Origin: Candidatus Baldrarchaeum yapensis
GTDB lineage: Archaea; Asgardarchaeota; Baldrarchaeia; Baldrarchaeales; Baldrarchaeaceae
DNA: 25,564 nt
Direction: 5' to 3'
NCBI GenBank assembly: GCA_016840465.1
Contig: JAEOSH010000027.1
Coordinates: 1 to 25,564 of the forward strand
Part shown: positions 24,622 to 25,564 of the stretch, piece by piece
Layout: each line of letters starts with the position of its first letter
How positions within the stretch are numbered: position 1 is the stretch's first letter
Notes under the pieces: model-generated
Seen by the model: only the letters and a program-made list of their open reading frames with translations
The model's database searches: none
Told to the model about the DNA's origin: nothing
Made by a program: the position numbers and the translations under genes

Positions 24622-25563
24622 TTATTTGATTAGCCCGCCTAGGGCCTTCTCAACTATCTGTAATACGTACTGTGGGAAGATTCCAATGAGGATGCTAAGT
24701 GTGCACAACACGCCCACCGCGAACGCTATGGAAAGAGGTGTCTTCTTAACCTCCGGGTTGGAGTGAACCTTCAGTTCACCGAAGAATATCATGTGACCTG
24801 CTCTTAAGTAGTATCCGAGGGCTATGAAACTCGCTATAACCGCAAGCCACGTAATTGCTGGATATCCGGCGTCGAATGCGGCCTTGTATATCAGGAACTT
24901 GCTGTAAAATGCATTTAATGGCGGCACTCCACCTAAAGATAATGCGCCGACCATAAATGCAAATGCCGTTCCAGGAATTACCTTGACAAGACCGCCAAGT
25001 TTCCTCATATCCCTCTCATGAACTGTAACTATCAGGGCCGCTGAAATCAAGAAGAGCATCCCCTTAACCAGCGCATGATTGATTATATGGAACACCGCAC
25101 CATAGAGACCTACTGTTGTTCCGGTACCAAGACCCAGACCCAAGACTATGTAACCTATCTCGTCGATACTTGAGTAGGCTAGGAGTCTTTTGATGTCTGT
25201 TTGGACGAGCGCAAGGAGCGCACCAAGGAGTATCGTGATTATTCCTACTACTATCATTATTTGTACCATCTCCGCCGTTATAACTGGCCTCATTGCAAGT
25301 ACGCTCCTTATCATCGCGCACGTTGCCACCTGTATCATCGCACCGCTAAGCAACGCACTTATTGGGGCTGGTGCTTCAGCAAGCGCATCAGGTAACCAGA
25401 AATGTACTGGAACAATACCTGCCTTCACTCCCAGCCCAAGGAAGAATGCTACAAAGCACATATTCACGAAACCCATGTCTAATGTTTCCTTATTCTCGAG
25501 GAAGAACTCTGCAAGATCCGTGAATCTTAATGTCGTTTGTTGCGATAAGAGAAGCACTGCGGA
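24622..25563 (-). CDS. MrpD/NuoN/MbhH-like antiporter-type membrane subunit (5'-partial; frame open to the window edge)
   Basis: GVKAGIVPVHFWLPDA..EAPAPISALLSG, QTDIKRLLAYSSI, HIINHALVKGMLF, LGGVPPLNAFYSKF; multiple TM segments. Confidence 0.88.
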   Translation of the reverse strand, partial: SAVLLLSQQTTLRFTDLAEFFLENKETLDMGFVNMCFVAFFLGLGVKAGIVPVHFWLPDALAEAPAPISALLSGAMIQVATCAMIRSVLAMRPVITAEMVQIMIVVGIITILLGALLALVQTDIKRLLAYSSIDEIGYIVLGLGLGTGTTVGLYGAVFHIINHALVKGMLFLISAALIVTVHERDMRKLGGLVKVIPGTAFAFMVGALSLGGVPPLNAFYSKFLIYKAAFDAGYPAITWLAVIASFIALGYYLRAGHMIFFGELKVHSNPEVKKTPLSIAFAVGVLCTLSILIGIFPQYVLQIVEKALGGLIK

Positions 25564-25564
25564 T

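Noticed and set aside
1-25564. rRNA, tRNA, CRISPR array or integrase/provirus
   Set aside because: No such signatures seen by eye; a tRNAscan/Infernal run would be needed to exclude small structured RNAs formally.

Overview
Archaeal genomic window (Shine-Dalgarno-led genes, BRE/TATA promoters, archaeal-type proteins). The lineage cannot be fixed from sequence alone; a TACK- or Asgard-like organism is my guess. (1) 1-2215: a decayed zone in which an acyl-CoA synthetase gene has been hit by two different IS elements, a DDE_Tnp_1-type IS ending at ~590 and an ISH4-group IS1595 derivative at 1198-1999 with 21-bp TIRs and an 8-bp TSD. (2) An AbrB-PhoU regulator, a DUF35 Zn-ribbon/OB protein, a 3-hydroxyacyl-CoA dehydrogenase and an enoyl-CoA hydratase. 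(3) A tightly coupled nurA-herA-mre11-rad50 operon, joined to an archaeal ATPase-wHTH gene by a tandem pair of perfect palindromes. (4) iorAB, a class V PLP enzyme lacking the desulfurase cysteine loop, and tldD-tldE/pmbA. (5) An uncharacterised four-gene block: two divergent DUF151 paralogues (one ending in a proteasome-docking-like HbYX motif, FYI), a coiled-coil protein with a disordered tail, and a conserved hypothetical. (6) The 3' end of a group-4 hydrogenase/complex-I-like operon (MrpD-like subunit and small subunit). No rRNA, tRNA or CRISPR array was seen. All family assignments come from motif recognition by eye; no database search was run.
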